Source: Nitrospirota bacterium | GTDB lineage: Bacteria > Nitrospirota > UBA9217 | Assembly (NCBI GenBank): GCA_963754875.1 | Contig: CAVWHO010000020.1 | Span: 64,001-128,000, forward strand | Direction of reading: 5' to 3' | Length of the DNA stretch: 64,000 nt | In this document: positions 11,838-22,286 of the stretch, one piece after another | How the letters are laid out: every line of letters begins with the position of its first letter | Numbering within the stretch: position 1 is the first letter of the stretch | Notes under the pieces: model-generated | Database searches by the model: none | The model's input: the letters and a program-made list of their open reading frames with translations, nothing else | What the model was told of the DNA's origin: nothing | Program-made: the position numbers and the translations under genes

Positions 11838-12015
11838 ATGCATAAACTGCTGATAGATTGGGACACCTGTATAGGCTGTGGTTCATGCGTTGCTATTTGT
11901 CCTGCCGTATTCGAACTCAGAGATGACGAAAAGCCGGGTTTACGGCCCGGACAAGTGCGATACCTGTAATTGTCAGGGGGCAATATACGTTTGTCCTACT
12001 CAAGCGATAATTTAG
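11838..12015 (+). CDS. Monocluster ferredoxin, frameshifted (not in ORF track)
   Basis: MHKLLIDWDTCIGCGSCVAICPAVFEL, then ...CQGAIYVCPTQAII* in a shifted frame. Confidence 0.75.
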
Positions 12016-12069
12016 ATCGAATATGAAGAAAGGCTGAAATCCGTTATCGAAAATAAAGGAGGATCCACC

Positions 12070-12516
12070 GTGGCACTCACAGCTCCCGAATCTCTGAAAC
12101 GTGAACATGAGGAACTTCATGCGGACCTTGTCGCCGCGACCAAGGCGGGTGGGAAGACCGGCCTTGCTGCGCAGGCAGTCGCACAGGCGCTCCATCCCCA
12201 TTTTTTAAAGGAGGAGGAGTACGCAATGCCGCCGCTTGGCCTCCTGGCGCAGATCGCGAAAGGCGACGTGCCGCCTGACAGCGGCGCGGTCATAGCAATG
12301 ACCGATGAACTGAAGAAGGACCTCGGACACATGCTCCACGAGCATAAGGCTATTGTTATTCAGCTTCACCGGCTTATGGAAGATGCAAAGAGCGAACGAA
12401 GGGACGAATACGTCCATCTGGCGGAACGGCTTATGCTGCACGCCCGGACCGAGGAGGAAGTTTTGTATCCTGCCGCCATTTTGATCGGAGAGTATCTGAA
12501 ACTGAAAAAAGGATGA
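12070..12516 (+). CDS. Hemerythrin-domain protein
   Basis: EHEELH, HFLKEE, EHKAI and HARTEEEVLYP motifs. Confidence 0.8.
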   Translation: MALTAPESLKREHEELHADLVAATKAGGKTGLAAQAVAQALHPHFLKEEEYAMPPLGLLAQIAKGDVPPDSGAVIAMTDELKKDLGHMLHEHKAIVIQLHRLMEDAKSERRDEYVHLAERLMLHARTEEEVLYPAAILIGEYLKLKKG

Positions 12517-12533
12517 AAGGAAGGTCGGCTGAC

Positions 12534-12749
12534 ATGGGGAAAAGACTATTTAAAGTAGAAGATCGATTCTGCGACGAATGCGCCCTTGCCCTGCGAAGAT
12601 TCATCGGGCATGAGGAAGGGGTTGAGGCCGTTGACGTGGAAAACAAGATGATCGCTGTTGTCTTCAATCCCGCAAAGATGCCGGAGGAACGGCTCGACAG
12701 GATCACGAAGGACAGCCTGGAGAAGCTCGGGCATAAGTTGATCGAATGA
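12534..12749 (+). CDS. HMA-like small metal-binding protein
   Basis: FCDEC motif in a ferredoxin-like fold pattern, 71 aa. Confidence 0.65.
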   Translation: MGKRLFKVEDRFCDECALALRRFIGHEEGVEAVDVENKMIAVVFNPAKMPEERLDRITKDSLEKLGHKLIE

Positions 12750-12824
12750 CGGTCTTTGATAGCGCAGCTGGACTACCAACAATCTTAGGCATGAACGGAC
12801 TGTTCGACGCAGGAGGAATCGACC

Positions 12825-13999
12825 ATGATTGAAAAAGCCCTCGAAGGAAGTAAACGCTATTGGGCGTGGCTTATCTTCCTGAGTATCCTGGCGCTGGTGG
12901 GGCTCTTGTACTATCTTCGACAGTTTAGTGTCGGGTTGGGCATCACCGGTCTGGGCCGGGACGTCTCATGGGGCCTGTATATCGGCCAGTTTACCTTCCT
13001 GGTCGGCGTGGCTGCCTCGGCGGTGATGCTCGTCATCCCCTACTACCTGCACGATTATCATAAGTTCAGCAAGATCGTGATACTCGGCGAATTCCTTGCG
13101 ATCTCCTCAGTCACGATGTGCATTCTGTTCATCTTCGCGGACATGGGACAGCCCATGAGGATCATGAATGTGGTCCTGCACCCCACGCCGAGTTCCATCA
13201 TGTTCTGGGATATGATCGTTCTTGTGGGATACCTTATCCTGAACATCCTGATCGGATGGGTCACCTTGGACGCCGACCGGCAAGGGGTCCCACCGCCAGG
13301 ATGGATTAAACCTTTCATCTATTTATCCATACCCTGGGCCATCAGCATTCATACGGTAACGGCATTCCTGTACGCCGGCCTTCCGGGCAGGTACTTCTGG
13401 CTCAGCGCGATCATGGCGGCCCGGTTTCTGGCCTCGGCCTTTGCCGGCGGGCCCGCCTTCCTGATTATTCTTGCCCTGATCGTTCGGAGGCTGACGAAAT
13501 TCGATCCGGGCAGGGAGCCCATTCAGGCTCTGGGGAAGATCGTGACCTATGCTATGTTCGCAAATGTCTTTTTCCTCGGGCTGGAGTTTTTTTCAGCCTT
13601 CTACAGCAGCATCCCCGAGCACACGGTATCGTTCAAGTATCTCTATGTCGGTCTCGAAGGGCATCGTGAGTTGGTGCCTCTTATGAGGGTTTCATCAATC
13701 TTTGCGGTCCTGTCGCTGGTGATGTTGCTCATACCTTCTTTGCGGAATAAATGAGGGATCGCTCGTGATCGCCTGCATCCTGCTCTTCATCTCCCTCTGG
13801 ATCGACAAAGGATTCGGGCTGGTCATCGGCGGTTTCATTCCGAATCCCATGGGACCAGGTGCGTACCTACTGGCCGACCTTGCCCGAGATGTGGATAACG
13901 ATCGGCATCTGGTCCACGGGACTCTTGATCCTGAGCATGCTCTACAAAATTGCCGTTTCCGTCAGAATTGAGACTCAAGGCATTGAGATTAAGCATTAG
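12825..13999 (+). CDS. NrfD/DsrP-family polytopic membrane subunit, frameshifted near the 3' end; orphan
   Basis: GLGITGL.RDVSWGLYI.QFTFLVGVAASAV, DMGQP.R, WAISIHTVTAF. WIDKG.GL..GGF.PNP continues in ORF 13765-13971. Confidence 0.8.
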
Positions 14000-14083
14000 T
14001 TCATGATACTTAGGCAGTATTGAACGGTATTTAGCCGGATCGTCACGTTCAAAGGATGAGGAGCAGGTCTGAAGAAACTTCCC

Positions 14084-15373
14084 ATGGAAAATGAAGAATT
14101 CCGAATACTGAATCGCCTTCAGACCTTCACGCGCACTTTTCCCATTGCAGCCGCAATGCTGGACCGAAACATGCACTACATGGCAGTAAGCGACCGCTGG
14201 CTGGAAACCTTCCACTTAGTCGGCCAGATTCTCATGGGACGCAGTCATTATGATATTTTTCCCGAAACGAGCGACGACTGGAAAGCTCTTTATAACCGCA
14301 GCATGGCAGGCGGACATGAAATCCGGGAAGGGAACCGCATCGATCGCGAGGACGGCTCGACTCAATGGCTCAGATGGGAAGTCGTTCCGTGGCTTGATGA
14401 AGAAGAGAGCGAAACAGGCGGAATTATCATAAGCGTTGAAGATATTACCGAACGAAAAAAGACCGAGGACGCTCTCAAACGTAGCGAAACACGCTTCCGG
14501 CAGTTGCTCGAGTTCGCCCCGGACGGAATAGTCGTAGTCAACGAACAGCATGAGATCATTATGGTCAATGGCCGGACACGGCAATTGACCGGCTACTCCA
14601 GTGAAGAACTGATCCAACAGCCGATCGAAAAGCTCGTTCCTGATGAAATCTCTGTCGTGCATGTGGGGTGGAGAAATGAATTCGTACAGGGACTTCGCCC
14701 GAACGCGCACAAACGCGGTGAGAGCAGCGAACTCTTTTGCCGACGTAGGGATGGATCGACGTTTCCTGCCGATATCAGCGTCAGCCCCCTTGCCGGTGAT
14801 GAAGGGCCGATGGTATTTGCAATTATTCGGGACATAACTGAACGCAAGAAACTCGAAGAAATACTGCGAAAACTATCAATAACAGATGGACTGACAGGGC
14901 TGGCCAATCGGCGCGCTTTCGATGAAGCAATCGAGCTTGAGTGGAGGCGGGCCGTCCGAGCCGGGACCCCGATAGCGCTCATCATGATAGACATCGACAA
15001 TTTCAAAAAATTAAACGACACTTACGGACATCCTGCCGGCGATGAATGCCTGAGAATTATCGGCAAGGTGCTCAAAAATATGATCCGTCGGGCCGGCGAT
15101 CTCGCGGCCCGGTACGGCGGAGATGAGTTCGTTCTTCTGTTGCCTGCTACTAATGTAAGCGAGTCACAAAAAATAGCTGAAGAAATAAGATCTACTTTAG
15201 CAATGACGAAGATATTGCCCGGTGGAAGGGACACAGGCTTTTTTGCACGGCTCAGTATTGGTATTAGTGCAGTTGTACCGAACCAGGGTGCCTCTGCCGA
15301 AGGGCTGCTCGCAATAGCGGACCAGGCTCTGTATCGGGCAAAACAATCGGGGAAAAACCGAATAGCAAGCTGA
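14084..15373 (+). CDS. PAS-PAS-GGDEF diguanylate cyclase
   Basis: Two PAS domains; DGLTGLANRR, RYGGDEF, RAGD I-site. Confidence 0.9.
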   Translation: MENEEFRILNRLQTFTRTFPIAAAMLDRNMHYMAVSDRWLETFHLVGQILMGRSHYDIFPETSDDWKALYNRSMAGGHEIREGNRIDREDGSTQWLRWEVVPWLDEEESETGGIIISVEDITERKKTEDALKRSETRFRQLLEFAPDGIVVVNEQHEIIMVNGRTRQLTGYSSEELIQQPIEKLVPDEISVVHVGWRNEFVQGLRPNAHKRGESSELFCRRRDGSTFPADISVSPLAGDEGPMVFAIIRDITERKKLEEILRKLSITDGLTGLANRRAFDEAIELEWRRAVRAGTPIALIMIDIDNFKKLNDTYGHPAGDECLRIIGKVLKNMIRRAGDLAARYGGDEFVLLLPATNVSESQKIAEEIRSTLAMTKILPGGRDTGFFARLSIGISAVVPNQGASAEGLLAIADQALYRAKQSGKNRIAS

Positions 15374-15544
15374 CGCATGAAACTAGGCAGCTCCTTCTTT
15401 TTGATTTGATGATCGTTTTCCAAACCGGAATCACTTGATTTCGTACGAATTGCATCTTTTCTTCCCTTACCCCTCTAATACCTACGACCCATTGACTCAA
15501 AGTTTCATGAAGTGATAACATTTACTTAGAGGAGGTTGCATACT

Positions 15545-15919
15545 GTGATAATAACAAAACGCGTCTATGAACCGCCGTCTCGTGACGACGGCAAAAGAAT
15601 ACTTGTCGATCGGCTATGGCCAAGAGGTCTGGAAAAAAAAGCTGCTCAGGTGGATGAATGGATGAAAGATGTCGCTCCGAGCAGCGAACTCCGGAAATGG
15701 TTCGGCCATGATCCCGAAAAATGGGCCGAGTTCAAACAGCGCTTTTTTAAAGAACTTCAGGGGAAACAGGAACAGCTCGAGCGGATCGCTGACTTTGCCC
15801 AAAAAGGACGGGTTACCTTGCTGTTCGGGTCAAAGGAAGAACGCTTTAACAACGCATCAGCCCTGAAAGAATACTTGGAAGCTCGGATGAAAGCTTCTGA
15901 AAGGAAAAAAGCCGCATGA
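15545..15919 (+). CDS. DUF488 (YeaO-like) protein
   Basis: KRVYEP...DGKRILVDRLWPRG...APSSELRKWFGHDP; RBS gaggagg. Confidence 0.85.
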   Translation: MIITKRVYEPPSRDDGKRILVDRLWPRGLEKKAAQVDEWMKDVAPSSELRKWFGHDPEKWAEFKQRFFKELQGKQEQLERIADFAQKGRVTLLFGSKEERFNNASALKEYLEARMKASERKKAA

Positions 15920-15946
15920 TACGCGACGACCTTTTCATTGCTGAGC

Positions 15947-16870
15947 ATGGAGCAAATCACGCTGCACATAAAACCACGATCGCCTTTTCGGTTGGATCTG
16001 ACGGTATGGGCGCTACGGCGTCAACCGCACAACAAAATCGATCTGTGGGACGGTAAGACCTACACACGGATCTTTGTTATGGACGGCCTGCAGTTCAAGG
16101 TAGAGGTGACGCAGAAAGATCCAGGGGACAATTCTTGAGTCTCCGTGCTTGTTTCAGGCCATAAGCTCGTCACAGACCAAGTAAAAAGAGCGACCACCGT
16201 TCTTCTCAGGAAGATCTTAGGAACTGACGTAGAGTTAGGAAAATTTTATCAAATCGCGGACAAGGATGGGGTGCTTAGTCCGCTTGCGAGCAGATTCGCC
16301 GGACTTAAGCCGCCCCGTTTTCCCACCATATTTGAAGCCCTCATTAACGCCTTTGCCTGCCAGCAACTTTCCCTTAGCGTAGGAATTACGCTCCTGAACC
16401 GATTAAGTGCAACGTATGGAGCATCTTTCGGTGACGATATCAATTCTCCCCACGCCTTTCCTACGCCGGAAGATCTTGCGAGTGCGGAACCAGCAATGCT
16501 TAGAAAGCTTGGATTCAGCCGAAATAAAGGACACGCAATCATAACCCTGGCGCAGTCCGTCCTCGACAGGAAAATCGACCTTGAGAGCCTGGAATTGATG
16601 AACGACCAGGAGGCTGTCGATGGTCTGCAGCAGATCGCCGGCGTCGGCCGCTGGTCTGCGGAGTATGTGTTGCTCAGAGGGCTGAGGCGTCTCAATATTT
16701 TTCCGGGAGATGATGTAGGAGCGCGAAATAATCTTCAACGATTTTTATCGTTGAAAGGTAAACCGGATTACGCGGCCATAAAGCGGGTAATGCTCCGCTG
16801 GAAACCGTACCAAGGGTTCGTGTATTTCCATCTTTTACTTGAGAAACTGAGGTCGAAAGGTTTTTTGTAA
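15947..16870 (+). CDS. alkA: AlkA-family DNA-3-methyladenine glycosylase, interrupted by an in-frame TGA at 16136-16138
   Basis: PFRLDLT N-terminus, FEALINA..CQQLS, HhH motif IAGVGRWSAEYVLLRG, FPGDD. Confidence 0.8.
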
Positions 16871-16970
16871 TCATGGACCGATTTTGGAGACAACTGTCGC
16901 GACAGAAAGGGGGCGATGCCTCTCACAGAAATACTAAGAAAGAGGCTGAGATGCTATGGATACTGAAACA

Positions 16971-17025
16971 TTGAAGGAATATGTCGAAGCCTGAGTGAAT
17001 GCATCGGAGCGGAAAAGCCGCATAG
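16971..17025 (+). pseudogene. Degenerate duplicate of the DUF488 gene 3' end
   Basis: Reads LKEYVEA*VNASERK/AA* versus LKEYLEARMKASERKKAA* at 15863-15919. Confidence 0.6.
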
Positions 17026-17103
17026 TGTGACGATAATACCATACTCGGGATCGATCCTCTATGATTGAGGGCAAGTGAGTTTTTTAGAAAAGGAGGAGGA
17101 TTT

Positions 17104-17973
17104 ATGACAACCTATAGCGCCGTTAAAATCGACAATGTTAATATATTCTACCGCGAAGCGGGGCCCGCCGACGCCCCGGTGATCGTTCTTCTGCACGGCT
17201 TTCCGTCTTCGTCGCACATGTACAGGAATCTGCTGACGAAACTTGAGGACGACTTTCATCTCATCGCACCCGACTACCCGGGCTTTGGAAACAGCGACCG
17301 GCCTCTGATCGGCGAATTCGCGTACACCTTCGATCATCTGGCGGAAGTCGTGGAAAAATTCTTTCAAAAGCTGGGTCTAAAGAAATTCTCGCTCTATATG
17401 CAGGATTACGGCGGGCCCGTCGGCTTTCGTATTGCCGCGAAACATCCCGACTGGATTGCTGCGCTCATCATTCAGAACACCAATGCCTATGAAGAGGGCC
17501 TGACACCACTCTTTGAACGGTTGCGGCCGCTCTGGGAAGAACAGACGATCTCAACCGAACGACGGGTCAATAAGACCCTTCACCGGTCAGGCACGATGTG
17601 GCAGTACATCCACGGTGCTCGCGACAAGAGAAAGATTAGCCCAGATGCCTGGAACATGGACCAGTATTTTCTGGACCAGCCCCAGAGCCATTTCATCCAG
17701 TTCAAACTGCAGGCGGATTTCGACTCGAACCTGAAGCGCTATCCTGAATGGCAGAACTACTTTAGAACGCACCAGCCGCCGACGCTTGTCGTGTGGGGCA
17801 AGAATGACAAAATCTTCAGCCCCAAGGGCGCCGAAGCATATAAGCGCGACCTCAGGAACATCGAGGTGCATATGCTCGATACGGGTCATTTCGCCCTTGA
17901 AGAGGACTGCGATGTCATCGCAGGCCACATGAGGAGGTTCCTCAAGGCCTACGAACGGGAAAAAGCAGCTTAA
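17104..17973 (+). CDS. Alpha/beta hydrolase (epoxide hydrolase/dehalogenase-like)
   Basis: LLHGFPSSS, APDYPGFG, nucleophile motif QDYGG, DTGHFALE. Confidence 0.9.
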   Translation: MTTYSAVKIDNVNIFYREAGPADAPVIVLLHGFPSSSHMYRNLLTKLEDDFHLIAPDYPGFGNSDRPLIGEFAYTFDHLAEVVEKFFQKLGLKKFSLYMQDYGGPVGFRIAAKHPDWIAALIIQNTNAYEEGLTPLFERLRPLWEEQTISTERRVNKTLHRSGTMWQYIHGARDKRKISPDAWNMDQYFLDQPQSHFIQFKLQADFDSNLKRYPEWQNYFRTHQPPTLVVWGKNDKIFSPKGAEAYKRDLRNIEVHMLDTGHFALEEDCDVIAGHMRRFLKAYEREKAA

Positions 17974-18249
17974 ACCAATCCAGTGCTGCCTTCGCGGCTG
18001 GATTTTACCGTCTGGTGCTATGTTGCCAATTATTTAACCGACTGACCAATGAAACGGAAAGACGTAGGGGTGGGTTTTTGCCATGTCACTGTTCTTGGTC
18101 GGTTCGCAGATGTCCATTCTAAGAACCAATCGGCACACACATTTCTGAAAAAAAATCATACTCCTAATACTATAGTTATATTGACAACGAAATAGACGAT
18201 GGTAAGTTCATAACATACGGCTTTTATTCATTCGGTACGGGAGTTTATC

Positions 18250-18790
18250 ATGAAACCGGTAGCCCCCTTGATGATAGAACACAGGCTTATTGATCGCATG
18301 CTCGCGCTCCTGGCCCTGGAGCATCGCAGAATCGTTGAATCCGAAAATATTGATTATGGTTTCCTCGATGTGAGCATAGATTTCTTAAAGACCTACGTAG
18401 ATAAATATCACCACGGGAAGGAAGAAGATATCCTGTTCAGGGAACTCGACGAAAAACCGCTTTCTCCGGAAGACCGGAAAATGCTGAATGAGTTGATTGA
18501 AGAACATGGTCGTACACGAAAAGCAGTCCGAAGGCTTGAGAGCCGCACGGAGACAGCAGGCCGGTGAAAAAAATGTCATAACGGAAATCACAAGGCAAAT
18601 AGAAACTCTCACAAAGTGGTACCCTGTCCATATCGAGAAAGAAGATAAACAATTTTTTGTTTCTTCCATGAACTACCTGAGCGAGCAGGAACAGGCGACA
18701 ATGCTGGAAAAATCGAGGGAGTTCGACAGGAACTTTACGCAACATCGGTTCGAGGACATCATCACGGAACTGGAAGCAGCGAAAAAGTAG
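18250..18790 (+). CDS. Hemerythrin-domain protein, frameshifted near 18540
   Basis: EHRLI, HHGKEEDILF, EEH; HIEKEDKQFF in a second frame. Confidence 0.8.
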
Positions 18791-18891
18791 CTGTTGGTCA
18801 TCCGGGAATCCTCTTCGGTAATGCTGATTCACCGGCATGACGGCTCATTTTACAACGGATTGCTTTTAAAATTCAGAAAGGGAGGCATGAC

Positions 18892-19314
18892 ATGGTACAA
18901 AAAGCGAGCACGAAGCTGACGGAGATGATGAACCAGGCTCTCGCCGCCGAACTGCAGGCGATCATTCAGTACCAGTGGCATCACGTGATGGTCAAGGGGA
19001 TGTATTCCGTCGAGTTGTCAGAAGTTTTCAAGAAGGCATCTATGGTGGAAATGAGGCATGCTGAAGAGATCGCGGAACGGCTGAATTATTTTGCCGTTGT
19101 GCCTACGATCAAGCCCGGTCCCATCGCGATCGGGGGTGACGCACCAACGATGATCAGGGCAGATGTCAAGGCGGAGGAAGAGGCTATCACGCTGTACAAG
19201 ACCATAATCAACCAGGCGGCCTCTGAGGGGGACGAAACGACGAGGCTCCTTTTTGAGGAGATCCTTTCCGACGAAGAAGACCACCATGATACATTTACTA
19301 CACTGCTTGGATAA
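18892..19314 (+). CDS. Bacterioferritin / ferritin-like protein
   Basis: ELQAIIQY, EMRHAEEIAER, EEEAI..Y and DEEDH di-iron motifs. Confidence 0.85.
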   Translation: MVQKASTKLTEMMNQALAAELQAIIQYQWHHVMVKGMYSVELSEVFKKASMVEMRHAEEIAERLNYFAVVPTIKPGPIAIGGDAPTMIRADVKAEEEAITLYKTIINQAASEGDETTRLLFEEILSDEEDHHDTFTTLLG

Positions 19315-19344
19315 CTGATCACTTATTTTCACTTGGAAGCAACT

Positions 19345-19479
19345 TTGACGAACTCGTAAAAATTTGTTTTTCACACGAAGGCACAGAGAACACGAAGAAA
19401 ATATAATTGATAATAAAAGATTCTTCTCTTTGTGGCTTCGTGGCTTTGTGTGAGGCAAGACTTTTTACGAATTTATCAA
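19345..19479. repeat. Miniature inverted-repeat element (MITE-like)
   Basis: Imperfect terminal IRs ttgacgaactcgtaaaaa / tttttacgaatttatcaa and inner IR cacacgaaggcac...gtggctttgtgtg. Confidence 0.55.
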
Positions 19480-19533
19480 CTTTGATAAAGAATTAACCGC
19501 AACTTGGAAAAGGTAGGAAGAAAAATATGAATA

Positions 19534-19896
19534 GTGATCAACTTTATCTCGGAAGCAACAAAAGAAATATCTGAAAAGAGAGCTGCCTTTGCTCCGGAAA
19601 TAATGGAGGCATTCCGTAACTTTAGCAAAAAAGTCTTTAAAGAGGGCGCTCTTCCCGAAAAAACGAAACAGCTTATCGCCGTGGCAGTGGCGCATGTAAC
19701 TCAATGTCCTTATTGCATTCACGACCATACCGCACAGGCCATGAGAAAAGGAGCCAGCAAAGAAGAAATTATGGAAGCCATTTGGGTGGCTTCTGAAATG
19801 CGGGCCGGAGCAGCTTATGCTCATGCTGCATTGGCAATAGATGAAAAAAAAACCATAGAAGGCCACTATGATTTATTTACGACCTTGCTCGGATAA
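19534..19896 (+). CDS. Carboxymuconolactone decarboxylase / AhpD-like protein
   Basis: GALPEKTKQLIAVAVAHVTQCPYCIHDH motif. Confidence 0.85.
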   Translation: MINFISEATKEISEKRAAFAPEIMEAFRNFSKKVFKEGALPEKTKQLIAVAVAHVTQCPYCIHDHTAQAMRKGASKEEIMEAIWVASEMRAGAAYAHAALAIDEKKTIEGHYDLFTTLLG

Positions 19897-20057
19897 GTGA
19901 TCTGTTTCTTGAAGTGGAAACGAATTCGAAAAAAAATAAAAATTTTTGTATTTCCAGAACACGTGAAAACACCGCTTAAACGCCGTTGCCTGAAAAATCT
20001 TCTTGTGCTGTTGTTTTGTTTAAGCGCAGGTAAAAAGAAAGATGCCGGGCGGACAGT

Positions 20058-20537
20058 ATGACAACGAATGCAAACAGCCGACCGCCGCTACCGCCGTTCA
20101 ATCGGGAAACCGCGGTCCAGAAGGTACGTATGGCCGAGGATGGTTGGAATTCACGCGATCCCGAGCGGGTATCGCTTGCCTACACGGTTGACAGCAGATG
20201 GAGGAACCGGGCCGAATTCATTTCAGGACGCGAGGAGATCGTCAGGTTCCTGCAGCGCAAATGGGCAAAGGAGCTCGACTACCGGCTCATCAAGGAAGTA
20301 TGGGCGTTTCATGAAGCGCGGATAGCGGTACGCTTCGCGTATGAGTGGCACGACGACGCGGGCAATTGGTTCCGGTCGTACGGCAACGAGAACTGGGAGT
20401 TCGACGAATACGGACTGATGCGCGTCCGTCTTGCGAGCATCAACGATCTCCCGATCAAAGAAGCGGACCGGAAATACCGCTGGCCGCTGGGTAGACGTCC
20501 CGATGATCATCCCGGGCTTTCGGATCTTGGACTCTGA
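20058..20537 (+). CDS. DUF1348 NTF2/SnoaL-like protein
   Basis: RPPLPPF...[10 protein letters not shown]...[12 protein letters not shown]. Confidence 0.85.
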   Translation: MTTNANSRPPLPPFNRETAVQKVRMAEDGWNSRDPERVSLAYTVDSRWRNRAEFISGREEIVRFLQRKWAKELDYRLIKEVWAFHEARIAVRFAYEWHDDAGNWFRSYGNENWEFDEYGLMRVRLASINDLPIKEADRKYRWPLGRRPDDHPGLSDLGL

Positions 20538-20618
20538 TCAAGGGTTATCTGTCAGTTACGAAATTGGTCAGGTATAATAAATTAAAGACTACAACTCAAA
20601 TAGAAGGAGGAAGAGAAA

Positions 20619-21263
20619 ATGAAGAAAAGATTGTTTAAGATGGCAGTTGTATTTTTAGGAGTGTTCATAGTACTTGCGGCACCGTATTCTTTTGCCAAGG
20701 AAAAGAAGGTGGCAGTCAAATTCAACCACAAAACGGTCGAGTTGCAGCTTGCGCTCCGTGATCTATGGGTGGGTCACATATTCTGGGTCAGGAACGTAGT
20801 CCTGGCGACGAAGTACGGAGACGCCGATGCCGCGAAGGCTGCCGAGGACAAGGTGGTAGAGAATGCAAAAGCGATAGGCGAAGCCATCGTCCCGATTTAC
20901 GGTAAAGAGGCAGGCGACAAACTCTTTGGCCTTCTGGCCGGGCATTACGGCGCGGTCAAGGATTACATGACCGCTGCTTTCGCCGGCAACGCCGATGCCA
21001 AGGGTGCGGCCGTTGAGAAGCTCAAAAAGAACGCCGAGGAAATTGCGACGTTCCTGAGCTCGGCGAACCCTAACTGGCCCAAACAGACGCTCGTCGACCT
21101 GTTGATGGCCCATGGCGCCCATCATGTTGCTCAGATCGACCAGGTCAATATTAAAGACTTCGCAGCTGAAGCGAAGACCTGGGATGATATGAGAAAGCAT
21201 ATTTATGTGATCGCCGACGCTCTGGCGGGCGGCATTGTGAAACAGTTCCCCAAAAAGTTCTAA
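20619..21263 (+). CDS. Exported helical protein of unknown function
   Basis: Signal peptide ending in SFA; His in repeated helices (LWVGH, LLAGH, LLMAH); RBS aaggagg. Confidence 0.75.
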   Translation: MKKRLFKMAVVFLGVFIVLAAPYSFAKEKKVAVKFNHKTVELQLALRDLWVGHIFWVRNVVLATKYGDADAAKAAEDKVVENAKAIGEAIVPIYGKEAGDKLFGLLAGHYGAVKDYMTAAFAGNADAKGAAVEKLKKNAEEIATFLSSANPNWPKQTLVDLLMAHGAHHVAQIDQVNIKDFAAEAKTWDDMRKHIYVIADALAGGIVKQFPKKF

Positions 21264-21413
21264 AACGAAGATCAGAACTTCCGCTGAGCGGATTGGCGGA
21301 ACGGAAGAATGCTGCAAAACCACGGTGTGAATCAGCTGGGGAGCCGGCGGTGAAAAATGTTTGCAGCATTCATCCGTTTTCTTACAGTCGCAGAACGCCA
21401 GGGAGTTTCATCG

Positions 21414-22286
21414 ATGACCACAAGAGGCGCATTTCTCCAATTCCTCAGCAGATTCTTCTGTTCGCTGCTGGCGCTGCTATACTTCGTCCTCCCGCCAACT
21501 GCATTCGCGACAACCACTGACATAGAAAAAGGGAAAGAGATCTTCAATGCCAAATGCACGCCCTGCCACACGATCGGCGGGGGAAGGAAGGTCGGTCCTG
21601 ATCTCCGGGGCGTAACGGCCGATCACCCGAAGACCTGGCTTTTCTCCTTCATATCCGATCCCGATAAAATGTTCAGTGCGAACGACCCCATGGCAACCGG
21701 TTTGCTGAAAGAATACAAATGAAGATGCCGAATTTGGGGCTGTCGGCCGAAGACGTCAATGCTGTTATCAGTTATCTTGAAACGCAGGCAGGCGCCGAAC
21801 AAAAGACTGCTGCACCAAGTCAGGTAGAAGCGAAAGGACCGTCACCTGCTGCAGATGCTGAGCGAGGGGGAAAATATTTTTCCGGACAGCTCGTATTCAA
21901 GAATAACGGTCCGGCGTGCATGGCCTGTCATACCGTGGCAGGTATCAAGTTCTGGGGCGGCGGCACCCTCGGCCCGGATTTGACGGATATTTATGCGCAG
22001 CTGGGCGAGGGAATCGTCTCCCTGCTCGTAACTGTGCCTTTCCCGACCATGAAGCCGATCTTCGACAACCATCCGTCTGTCGGAAGACGAGGCCCGTGAT
22101 CTTGCGGCTTTTCTCAGGGGGACAGCTTCCCGGCACGCTGAAAATCATACTACGCAGATCATAGTGAGTTCTTTCCTTGCCTTTGTCATTCTGATGATCA
22201 TCATCCTCGTCCTTTGGCGGAACCGGCTCACGAGCGTCCGTAAGGCATTAGTGGAGAGGGCAGAGCGGGAGGATAATATTCGATGA
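21414..22286 (+). CDS. Di-heme c-type cytochrome with C-terminal membrane anchor (NarC-like), frameshifted
   Basis: CTPCH and CMACH heme motifs in ORFs 21357-21722 and 21719-22099. Hydrophobic tail; stop overlaps the narG start. Confidence 0.75.

Noticed and set aside
16136..16180. Selenocysteine readthrough at the in-frame TGA of alkA
   Set aside because: The codon lies in a non-conserved segment with no known catalytic Cys in AlkA, and the downstream hairpin is weak. A nonsense mutation or sequence error is more likely.
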